Positions 52,791 through 64,000 of a stretch of 64,000 nucleotides of DNA are shown here, one piece after another. Both the position numbers and the translations under genes were made by a program. This DNA comes from Octopus bimaculoides. Taxonomy: Eukaryota. The notes below the pieces were generated by a model. It was given only the letters and a program-made list of their open reading frames with translations. It did no database searches and was not told the origin of the DNA. How positions within the stretch are numbered: the first letter of the stretch is position 1; every line of letters starts with the position of its first letter. The DNA is taken from positions 32,179,853 through 32,243,852 of the forward strand of contig NC_068982.1 of the NCBI RefSeq assembly GCF_001194135.2, in the 5' to 3' direction.

Positions 52791-53396
52791 ATAGAGACAG
52801 TACTAGGGTGACATTATTTAATGTTTCAATTCCCTTTTAGAATGGATATAATCTAAAGGACATTGGCCGCTATTTCATATATGCTGAGCAATGATGCAGA
52901 AAGTATCTCATTGAGTCATAGTATTTTGATGGTGATGCTGTATTAAACCCTCTTTTGATCCAAACTACTCCATTGGCATCCGTATGGCCATTTTCAATAC
53001 CAATATACATTGCTTAATCTTCTGTAAATTCATATAGGCATCATTTTATTCATTATGAATAACTCTGTGAGATAATGCCAGCAGTATATTTCATTATGAA
53101 TTTATATATTATCAGGTCTATCAGCGATATCACATCAAATAAGCTATAATAACACCTCCTGTTCTTATCTCTTTGAGAAAGACATAAATATTAAATCCAG
53201 TTTTCTCTTCCCTAAAAATCTCAATTTTACAAACCAAAAGATGAGTGATAGTGATCACAGGCATTGCAAAACCTTCCAGAATGGTCCTGTTTATGTATTT
53301 GATGATCAGCTTAGATTTTGTATTTTGGGAAGGAAGGGAGAATGAATAGAAAGGGGAGATGATGAGCATAAGGAGGAGGAAATAATAATAACATTG

Positions 53397-53428
<32 letters not shown>

Positions 53429-53574
53429 CATAAACAGAATCTTTGTACTCAGATTCTGATCTCCTTCACTGTTAATCATAAATAACATCGATAGTAAAAC
53501 ATCCAAATTGCTGTTACTTGAGGTCTCTAAGTGAGACTAGGAACAGCTTGTAATAAATAAATCAACAATGATGT

Positions 53575-53604
53575 AAATAATAATAATAATGATAATATTA
53601 ATAA

Positions 53605-53660
<56 letters not shown>

Positions 53661-53662
53661 AT
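53575..53662. repeat. (TAA)n(TAG)n microsatellite (tail of adjacent family B SINE)
   Basis: Direct reading. Confidence 0.9.
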
Positions 53663-53787
53663 GATTTCAAATTTTGGCACAAGGCCAGCAATTTGAGGGT
53701 AGTGGGTAAATTGATTACATCGAACCCCAGTGCTCAACTGGCACTTATTTTATCAACCTCGAAAGGATGAAAGGCAAAGTTGACCAA
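53660..53787 (-). mobile_element. SINE family B 3' half
   Basis: GGCACAAGGCCAGCAATTT..CCCCAGTGCTCAACTGG..GAAAGGCAAAGTTGACC. Confidence 0.8.
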
Positions 53788-55554
53788 AGACAGAAGATTT
53801 TATATCTGTTCTCATATATGGAAGAGTTTTAAATGAACAGAAATCTTGGTATAAATCATTTGTTAGATTTTCATTGGATTCCATTATTATTGTTGAAAAT
53901 ATCCATTAAATCCATGATGATCCTTTAATAGGGAAACATTAATATCTTTCAGACACATGCCCTAAGTTCAACAGCAGATAATCATATGGAGAAATTAATA
54001 AGAGAGAAGAAATTCATGTAATTGAAGATTTCATTCACCACTAACTGTTTCAAGTCAAGCCAAGTGAATATGAAAGACTTTAATTAAAAGATGCTTAAAA
54101 ATTATGATTGCATGAATAACCGAAATATGAAAATTTAATGTTTGTTCTAAAACTTGGGACTCCGAATCCAAAATTGGCAAAGATTAACTATTCCTTTTCA
54201 TTCTTCCTACGTCAACAAAAATATTACCAGTCAAATGTATTTGTTAGAATTAGTAGAGTGTTAAAGAAAGCTGTTCCTGGTTTTTATGTTATATGCTTGC
54301 CTGCAATGACGCTGGTGCCAATGAATATTAGCTCTAGCCTTTCCTTTGGACAACATTAGTAACATGGAGAGGAGTGGGTTTGTACAAGGATAACTGCTAG
54401 TCTTCTGTAAAATAAATTTTGCCCAAGCCTGTGTTGTACAGAGAAACTTTCCATATGCAGATACAGAGACCCTTATATTTTGAAGTTCATAATGATGAAT
54501 ATCACTGGTAGATTCTCATTACAGAGGATAGTTTTTCAATGCCATCATGTTCCCTGAACAAGCCAATAACTGATGTTATATTTATTAGTTGCAAAAGAAG
54601 GATTAGGACTCATAATTGTCTCAGATGTATGTCGTGAGCAAAACTAAAAGTGGAGGAAAATATTGATAGAATTATTGGAGTTGACGTAAATCAAGCTTTC
54701 GACAATAGAGGCTGTTGTAAAATAGAAAGAAAAAGACAACCCAAGAAAGAATTAATGGCTGTTGGTGGGTACAGATTGCCTGAAAATAAGCTGATTTAAA
54801 GTGGACTTGAATGTTTGTACATCAGTGTGTCGATGAAGGTACGTATATGTGGTGGTTACATCTCCTCGTATATGTGATTAGTAATTTGACATTGGTTGTA
54901 TTTTGTGATTTGTATAAAATCAGCAGCTATTCAGAGCTGATGTATGTTTTAGACCTAACAATAAAGTCAAAAATTAAAAAGAAAAGAACATGAACAACGT
55001 TAAGTGACTGCCTGCAGTGAATAGAAAATTGAATATCAATTTCCCTAGTTGCTCTTCATTTTAAAAACATAAATCTATTGATTCTTTTTTAATTACTTTT
55101 CTCAAGGTGGGATCAATTAATTTAAGTTGGAGTAATTATTACACTTCTAATAAATTAGAAAGTTTGAATTCATTGCTTGTTTCATGGAACCATTTCCCTA
55201 TGTACTTCTTTATTGAAATTGTATAGTTAATTTAATTTTTATCTAATAATTACATGATGAATGATACCTCATTACTTAATTTCTGTTATATTATTTCTAT
55301 GTTTATTTATTACAGACAATTTGGAAATAAAATTCATTGGTAATGTTGATTGTCAAGTCATATGCAGCCAGCACCAGGGATTAGCTTCTTCTTCTGCATA
55401 AACTATCTTTAAGTTGCAATTAAAAATAATTGAATAAACATGTAAGATTCTTTATCAATTGTATACAGTCCAAAAGTTGTACATGTTGACCAAATAGAAT
55501 GAACGCATTATATATTAATTGTGAGAGTGTTGGACAAAGAGAGAAGACCCCACT

Positions 55555-55842
55555 TTAGTCATCAGGCTCAAGTCTGGGCAAGGTTGTTTATGGAAGACCA
55601 GCAGTCACCCATGCATACCAGCCTTCACTCTTCATACCACTGATGTTATCCAAGAGAAATGCAAAGGCTGATACAGCTTGGCACCAGTGATATCACAACT
55701 CATTTCTACTATGAGTGAACTGGAGCAACATGAAATAAAGTGTCTTGCTCAAGGACACAGCACACAGCCTGGTCCAGGAATTAAACTCCCTACCTCATGA
55801 TTGTGAGCCTGACACTCTAACCACTGGGTCGTGTGCCTTCAC
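55555..55842 (-). mobile_element. SINE with family C-type head and a different body
   Basis: TGAAATAAAGTGTCTTGCTCAAGGACAC..CTCTAACCACTGGG; its tail matches 54360-54470 in reverse. Confidence 0.7.
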
Positions 55843-55899
55843 ATAGATAAAATACCTTCCAGTAATTCATTACAGCCTTTACTACTCAATTGATATATA

Positions 55900-56640
55900 C
55901 AGAACCGTGCAAAAGTTTTTGGCCACTTTAAACTATTATAAATTTCTACTAATTGCCAACTCATAAGTGGATGTTTCACAATGTTTTTTTTACAAATGAA
56001 ATATTGATTGTTGGAGTCATTTCCATACCTAATCATTATATTTTGTAATAGGGGTTCTGAATGAGAGGGGAAGATGTGAGACGGCCACCAAAAGTTATTG
56101 GCCACTAATCAAGATACAGTGTTTTAAAACAGAAAAATGTCTATAATGAAAATTTATCACATAATGTTCATTTCAAGAAGTTACTGTACATTGATAATAT
56201 TTCGTGTGGCTTCCCTTAGCTTGAATAATTGCTTCAATGCACCTAGGAAGGGATGCATACAAATCCTTCACCATCTTCACAGGTATGAGATGCCATTCTC
56301 TGTGGCTGAACTCCCACAACTCTTCAAGATTACATGGATTCTTCTGACAAACTCTTCTCTTTAGTTCTGTCCACATTTGTTCGATGATATTTATGCCAGG
56401 GTTCTGAGCTGGCTAATTTTTCGCTGTGGAATCTGTTGTGTTCCATGCGATCTGTGGCATGGATCTCTGTCATGTTGCAAAATATCACCTTCATCCTAGT
56501 CTGGTATCAAATTGTCCTTCACAAACAGGATGTGTTTGGCACTATTCAAGTTACCATCACTTTTTATGTGTCCCCAAAGCATGAGACTCTTATCCCCACA
56601 CTTCACAGTTTTCGTCATGTAACGTGAGTCCTTTCGCTTT
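55900..56640 (-). mobile_element. Tc1-like transposon 3' half with IR/DR-type terminus
   Basis: Minus strand KTVKCGDKSLMLWG, LQHDRDPCH, PAQNPGINIIEQMWTELKRRV..GSHTKY*; TA-CAGAACCGTGCAAAAGTTTTTGGCCAC at 55898 and inner repeat CAAAAGTTATTGGCCAC at about 56089. Confidence 0.88.
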
Positions 56641-57186
56641 CTAATAAGCAAGAATTTGTCCGAAGGCCTCCCAATGTGAATAAATTAGATAAATATTATT
56701 AAATAAATATTAATTAGACCTTGATTTGTTAGACTAGAGAGCTGTTGATTACAGAAACTAGATAAATGTTAGATAGACCAACTGTTACCTAAATAGACTA
56801 GTATTGATCTTTCATGGACCTCCATCTTCACTTTATCTGATCCCTACTATTCTTCTTTACTCCCACATAAATTAACCTCAAACTTGCTATGAATTTTGCC
56901 CCTTACTATCATGTCTCTCATTCTTTATTTCCACCCCTATTATTCTTCCTACACACACCCTTACACACACGTGCACATTGGCTTTCCTCCCTCTCTTTCC
57001 ATATCAGCTACCATTGTTCAACATTACCCCACCAATTCATTCTACTCTACATTTGCATTCCTGCAGCCGAAGTAATAAAAACTTCCTTCATCTTTTTCAA
57101 TCTCATACGAAAGGCAAGTATCCAAAACAGGAGAAATTTCAATCCCCTTAGCAAGTCAGTACAGTGGATGATGATGGATGATAAAG

Positions 57187-57224
<38 letters not shown>

Positions 57225-57489
57225 TCAGATGGATTTCTTCTCTTAATTACATGGTTAAACTCAGTTTTGGCCAATTAGGTCCTTGAAAATGCACACTGTG
57301 ATAGAGGTTGCCCTAAAATTTGGACATTTGGTTGTAAGTGTTTTTGTTGCTCCAGGAATCACTAAAACTTTTATATTTGAACAATGCCTTTCCTTCAAAT
57401 CATGTTTATTTCACACTATTTCACTCATAATTTAGTCTCAATTACATAGAATGCAAATATAGAAAAAAAATGCAGAAACATAGGTGTGG

Positions 57490-57870
57490 TGTGGTATGGC
57501 TATATGGTAAGAAGTTTGCTTACAAACCACATGGTTCTGGGTTCAGTTCTACTATGTGGCACCTTGGTCAAGTGTCTTCTATTATAGCCTTAGGCTGACT
57601 AAAGCCTTGTGATTGGATTTGGTAGATGGAAACTGAAAGAAAACCATAGTGTGTGTGTGTGTATGTGTGCGTGTGTGTGCATGTGCGTATGCGCACACAT
57701 GCATATGTATGTCTGTGTCTGTGTTTGACCCCCTTCACTACATCCCTGTAACCTAGCAGATTAGCAAAAGAGACTGATAGAATAAGTACCAGGCTTTAAA
57801 AAATTAAGTACTGGGGGCAATTAGTTTGACTAAAATTTTTCAAAGTAATGCCCTTGAAACAAGTAAAAAG
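57490..57870 (+). mobile_element. SINE family A
   Basis: TGGCTATATGGTAAGAAGTTTGC..GGGTTCAG head; GAAACAAGTAAAAG tail. Confidence 0.85.
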
Positions 57871-57894
57871 GGGTTAAAAAAAAAGAAACAATTG

Positions 57895-58290
57895 AATCAG
57901 ACCTTGCATGTTTTCAAAATGCTCAAAATGATCAGTTAAAACTTCCTTTACAAGTTCAAAATAGGCTATTGATGAAATACTTTCATCTTTCTATTGCTTG
58001 CTTTGTAACACATTCAAGAAAAACAGACTATTTCTGTAATTCAAAAAGATTTATAGAAGCTAAACTTGAGTTCAAATTCTGAAATAAAAGTATGAGCTTG
58101 AATCATATCATTCATTTGTAATTGTTTCTGCACTTTATTAAATTCAGAATATAATTCAGCTAAATGAAGCAGGTGATTTTTATACAGCTCCAATTCATTA
58201 ATTAATGATTGATCCGTATCATTAATGAATTCCACAGTTGAATCAAAAAGTTGAATTAACCTTTGTAAGCATCTTACTTTGATATGTGAA
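57895..58290 (-). mobile_element. hAT (Charlie/Buster-like) transposase fragment
   Basis: CLQRLIQLFDSTVEFINDTD..HLAELYSEFNKVQKQLQMND.IQAHTFISEFELKFSFYK resembles the hAT LAYL.DIF..LN..N..LQG region. Confidence 0.65.
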
Positions 58291-58603
58291 AGAAATTGTT
58301 TACAGCATTCTGCATTGTTATCAGATAATAATGCAGAGATTAGTGAAATAAGTGAAGTTTTACACTTTTTCCTTTTAAATACTTAATATATGTAATCAAA
58401 ATATTGTGTTGTTTTATACTGAGATTTTTTGCTTTGATCAAAAAATATGTATAAAACACAATGTAACCACATACATTAGGAAATTGTGTCTCAGCAAAAA
58501 CCACCAGTCATAACCGATGGGCCATGAGAAGTACTACCATAACATTATTAAGTGGAATTGTACATTTTCTAAAATAATCCTTCAGACAAATGAAAATCTT
58601 TAA

Positions 58604-58797
58604 CCCCTTAGCATTTAAACTGGTCATATTCAGCCCCAGTTTTTTACCTGTTATATGTCCACTTACCCTACAATGTCATTCTAAAAAACACAATCACATC
58701 ATCAATATCTTGGAGCTACAAGATAATTCACAATTAATTCAAAACAATGTGAATAAATAAGCATTACATTTGACAGAATAATGTGAATGATAATGTG
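58604..58797. mobile_element. TTAA-flanked piggyBac-like MITE, decayed right TIR
   Basis: TTAA-CCCCTTAGCATTTAAAC ... GAATGATAATGTG-TTAA. Confidence 0.5.
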
Positions 58798-60162
58798 TTA
58801 AAACTATTTGGCAATGACAATTTCATGTAAAATGCACTTTCAGCTGGCTCCACATTGCCATTACCTTACACAGGACCTGAAATATTAGATCTCTCAGACA
58901 CTGACTCATCCATTTGGATAGTAACTTACATGTTGAAGTTATGAAGTTAGAGTATTTTATCAACATAGTATTTGCTGTATCAGCATAGTATTTACTTTTA
59001 TCAACATGGTATTTACTTAAAAGAGTAAACTTAAGAATAGATTCACAGTCCTTCAATATAGCACTTTCTATGTTTTCTAATCATGTGCGACATTCTGTTT
59101 TTGCAGTTGAGAGGTTTTCTTTATCCCCTTTAATATCTGATGATGATTTGACATGATATGAACAATTATTTGCATATTTATTCTTGACACATCTAAGCAG
59201 GTTCAAATGCAAAATAGGCTAGTTGCTGTAGAATATGTCATAGGAGAAAAACTCCACCCTCCCTTTATGACAACGGTGTGTTCAACACACTCAGCTCATT
59301 GGAGTGCAGCATTCTGGGACACTGATGTTTCAACATTGATCTTGTCAGACAGAAGTATCCAGAACTCTGAACCTAAATGAAGCAGCTGGCTTTGTTTAAG
59401 CTTTCAGCAAACAAACTGTTTAGTGGTTGATGCATATATCCTGCCAACCAATAAAAATTTGTTCTTTGCACTGTTCATTACATTCAAATTAAATTGGAAC
59501 AAAAGCAGTGTGTTTCAGCAGAAATATAACAGAAAGGATTAAGGTTGGACATTGTCCAGATATTTCTTTTATTTTCTTAGAACTGAAAAAAAAACCCCAT
59601 TAGTTTTATCTTTTATCAAACAAACTCTCAAGATGGATTTTCATCTACCAAAGTTCCATTGTATTATTTCAAAATGTCTATTCTCATACCAAACACTTAT
59701 GTATTGTCTCATAAATGATCAAAGGAATAAAACCAAAATTTCAAATATTGCTGTAAATATTTATTCTACATTGATATTTATTGCTTTTGGCATCAAACTA
59801 ACATTAATGAGTGTTAATATAGATCCCCAATTTTTATAATCTGAATACAATAACACATTAGCTGATCTCATCAAAGTTGTAATAAGCTTAAGTTATGATT
59901 ACAATATTAATTAATGTAATTAAATTATAAATACGTTATAATACCAACATAGAATTTTCTTTCTGCTTAATTTTCACATTCAGCTTGCCAATTTTCAACT
60001 AGTAACATACCATAGCACGAGCAGGAATTGGCAAAAGCATAATACCTAACATTCTTATGATATTAGCTTACTGATATATATATATGTAAGCATGTATGCA
60101 TGTATGTATGTATGTATGTAATATATGCCCATACTTATATATGTATGTACATGTGTGTGTGT

Positions 60163-60194
<32 letters not shown>

Positions 60195-60499
60195 NNNNNN
60201 NNNNNNNNNNNNNNNNNNNNNNNNNNNNNNNNNNNNNNNNNNNNNNNNNNNNNNNNNNNNNNNNNNNNNNNNNNNNNNNNNNNNNNNNNNNNNNNNNNNN
60301 NNNNNNNNNNNNNNNNNNNNNNNNNNNNNNNNNNNNNNNNNNNNNNNNNNNNNNNNNNNNNNNNNNNNNNNNNNNNNNNNNNNNNNNNNNNNNNNNNNNN
60401 NNNNNNNNNNNNNNNNNCAATATATATATATATACACACACACATACATGCATATATACATGTATGTATGTATGTATGTATGTATTATTCTTAAACAAG

Positions 60500-61290
60500 A
60501 ATATTATTGAAAATGACATCGAAGTTTCAACCAGTTAAGCCATCACCAGATTGTGATGCATTGAAGCTATGTAGTCTTTGTTGAGTTAAAATCTTCCATG
60601 TGTATGTGGGTTTGAGTGGATTGGTAATTAGGTCATAGTGTGGGTTGTTATGGAGAAGTGATTTTTGTGGATTAAATTTGGAGTTATTTTATTGTTTATA
60701 ATTTATTCATGTATGTAGAATGTTGTATGCAGGGTTAAATGCTTATAGAACAATAAAACCTGGAGAGAAGCATATAGGCCAACAACCTTTAATCGTACCC
60801 ACATCACCTTGGGAACATCAAATTTTTATACTATAATACTATGATAACCCACATCTTGCAAACAAGACAGGAAACACCCTAACAAGAAACTGATGAGCTA
60901 AAACATACTGCCTACATACATTCTATTGTGAGTCCCTAAAAGACTCCATTTTAAAAAAGTTAGCACCTATTTTTTTAATTTTTAGATACTGGAATTTTGA
61001 AGCTTTGACCTTTACATTGCCTTTACTCTGACCTTTATACTACAAAATTCTATATACATTAATAAACTGTAAACAAAAACATCACCCCAAATTTAATCAA
61101 TAAAAATTTATCCAAAACACCTTTCCATAACAACCCACCCAACAACACAATTACCACTCCACTCAAACCCACATACCAAAGGAAGATTTTGCCTTAATTG
61201 GTACTATATGAAGCCAAGATTAACTACAATGCATTGCAGTCCGATGTTGGCTTAACTGGCCAAAACTACAAAGTAATTTTCTGTAATGTT
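60500..61290. mobile_element. Penelope-like remnant with inverted terminal duplication (family H3)
   Basis: 60500-60690 is an inverted, diverged copy of 61078-61285; both end in decayed hammerhead motifs; spacer has a KHIGQ..EH-like remnant. Confidence 0.55.
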
Positions 61291-61396
61291 CTTGTTTAAA
61301 AATATAAATCTCTACTCTAGAAAAGTATAGAGTAACCCATCAGATTAATGTAGAATTGTTTTTATTATAATTGAACACAAAAAACAAAATTAATGC

Positions 61397-61455
<59 letters not shown>

Positions 61456-63504
61456 ATGCGTGCATGTGCACATGTATGTGTGTGTGTATGTGCATGCATA
61501 TGTATATATGTGTGCGTGCATGTGCACATGTGTGTGAATGTGTGTGTTATGAAAAGAAAGAGAAAGTGATATATAAAGAGCAAAAGCTTCATGGGAATTG
61601 GTCTCTTCTACCACTGTCTAAACAAGTGAAACGTCTAGATAGCCTAGGAGCTTAACATAAATAGAATATACATATTTCCTTTATGAGTATATCCACAATT
61701 CATTCTTACTATTCATTTATTTATTGTAAACATTTATCATGGTCCCAAGAAATATCTAATTATTGTAAAACAATCTTAGGGTAAAAATTTTTCAGTTTGC
61801 CAAATTAAAATGTCACCTTCAGCTACAAACAAATAAATTATATTACAAAGTAAATGAAAAACCCACATAAATTATTATAGATTTGGTAAGACAATTTTCT
61901 AAAAAGATATTTCAACTAAACTGTATTCTTCACAAGTACAGAGAAAGCAGAATGTGACAAAACTATTTACTTCTTTGAAAAAATCAATTTTGTGCATTCA
62001 CCTTCACTTGTAAGATCCTGGAAAGGAGGTACAAAAATGGTGCAGGTTATGCATAGCTGAAAAGTGCTCCATACTAAAGAACCTTAACAGAACTTTAGAT
62101 TACCTAAATATATGATCAGAGAACACTAGCAAGTATCACCACTTCCATAAATGCTTGGTGAAGAACTGGAAGATTAGAAGGCATTATCAATAATACCACC
62201 ACTTGACTGAACAGATTAATATTTGAATATTTACAAGGATCATTCATGCTGTGTTTTTTCTCTGTGTCTTAATCCACTATGAAATATGTGTTATGACTAC
62301 AGTTCCTGCATTTTATACCACCAAACACTGCTTCAACAAATCATACAACAATATATCTATTGTATACTTATCACACAATATAATCATTAATATTTTCATT
62401 TCTTCAACTTATTAAATCTTCTGCCAATCATATGCCTTCACATTCCTTACAGACGTTTTCTTAACTACCCCTTCAAAGAAACTGCACATAGGAAATACTT
62501 AATCTTTATAATTATGATGAGGGAAATAACTCACCCATTAACAATTTATATTATGGTATAGAATTATTCCATTTTATATTCCAGCCAAACAAGACCTGAA
62601 ATTCTGTCTGCCATTGAAAACAAGGAATTCATTACAAATTACTATGGCTATTAACACTGAAGGGTGGTACTTTAATTGTTTGGTGATTTGTTTAGAGATG
62701 TATTTGGTTATGAAACTTTCTGTCATGAAGCAGATTCTCCAATACATTATACCATTATTTGTGTGCATATTTACAAGTGTGCATGATATGCATGGGTGTG
62801 TGTGTGTCTGTTTGTCTATATGTCTGAGAGTGTGAATATGAGTGTTTGCTTTTAATATTGTGTATCAATTTTCTCAGAATGCACAGTCCATGACAAGAAG
62901 GAAAAAAACTTGCTAGTTTGAGATCTTTGTTATTACAGTCTTCTTCATATTAATACATTTGCAGCTTGTATTTTATGCTTTTGCAGTTGAATTCAAAGGT
63001 TTACTTGTGGGAATTTCAGTAAACATATATTTTCCCTTTTATCATTTTTTTTTTTTTTTTGCAAAATTATCAGAGAAAGGAACCTGACTCCAATACACAC
63101 CTGCAAACCACAGTCTTTATCAATACTGCTACTATATTTTATTTTGTCTTTGTACTCTTTTGTTGCTGTTTTTTTAATAATTTTTGTATTCTTTTTTCTG
63201 CTTGATGGAATAATTTCATCAGGTGTAAAGCTTTAGATCAACCATACAGCATAGCTGACTGATAATCTTCTTTGTGTTTTATTACCAAAGTTGTTATCAA
63301 TCATGTTTTAGAGTTAATGGGACTTGTATGATGCATAATTAGATAGATGATAATTAGTCAAATTGGAATATGCCATTCTATATTCTAAAATAATCGGTGA
63401 ATATGATTTTTTCATCATCATCATTGTTGTCATCATCATCATTGTCATCATCATCATCATCATTGTCGTCATTCTCCTCCTCTTCCTCCTCATCATCATT
63501 ATTA

Positions 63505-63730
63505 AGGCAATGAACTGGCAGAATTGTTAGCATGCTGGGCAAAATGCTTAGTGACATTTCGTCTATCCTTACATTCTGAGTTCAAATTTCACCGAGGTTG
63601 ACTTTGCCTTTCATTCTTTTGAAGTCAGTAAAGTAAGTACCAATGAAACACTGGGGTTGATATAATCGACTAATCCCTTCGACCAAAATTTCAGGCCTTG
63701 TATCATTAGTAGAAAGAATTATTATTATTA
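63505..63730 (+). mobile_element. SINE family B with (ATT)n tail
   Basis: GAACTGGCAGAATTGTTAGC..CTGAGTTCAAATT..CTGGGGTTGAT..GGCCTTG. Confidence 0.85.
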
Positions 63731-63756
63731 TTGTTGTTGTTGTTATTATTATTATG

Positions 63757-63968
63757 GAAGGCAGTGAGCTGGCAGAACTGTTAGCACACTGGGTGAAATA
63801 CTTAGTGGTATTTTGCTTGTCACTATGTTCTGAGTTCAAATTCCGCCAAGGTCGTCTTTGCCTTTTGTCGTTTTGGGCCAATAAATTAAGTACCAGTGTA
63901 ACACTGGGGTCGATGTAATCAACTATAACCTACAAAAAATTTCAGGCATTGTGCCTTTGGTAGAAAGG

Positions 63969-64000
<32 letters not shown>
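63757..64000 (+). mobile_element. Second tandem SINE family B copy
   Basis: GGCAGTGAGCTGGCAGAAC..CTGAGTTCAAATTCCGCC..CTGGGGTCGATGTAATC, (ATT)n tail. Confidence 0.85.

Overview
Eukaryotic, very AT-rich, microsatellite-dense and gapped scaffold sequence, most likely an octopod cephalopod genome (inferred from the SINE families). No intact host gene can be identified with confidence, and nearly all supplied ORFs are microsatellite, N-gap or transposon artefacts. The window holds about 30 SINE copies from about four families, two Tc1 relics, a mariner relic, several MITEs, Chapaev-3-like and hAT transposase relics, a 3'-truncated R4/Dong LINE in a (TAA)n target, and a Penelope-like element (RT plus C-terminal GIY-YIG). 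The strongest hidden signal is at the RNA level: two near-canonical type I hammerhead ribozymes (27069-27141, 30674-30748) flank the Penelope ORF and differ by three compensatory base-pair changes, and about eight more variant or decayed hammerhead motifs from several families sit next to microsatellites. Also noted: a decayed LRR gene relic split by a MITE (about 14.8-16.1 kb, minus strand), a (CCCTAA)n(TTAGGG)n telomeric palindrome, a CpG-rich to CpG-poor transition near 24-31 kb, and a few candidate plus-strand exons. Coordinates were read by eye; repeat boundaries are approximate.
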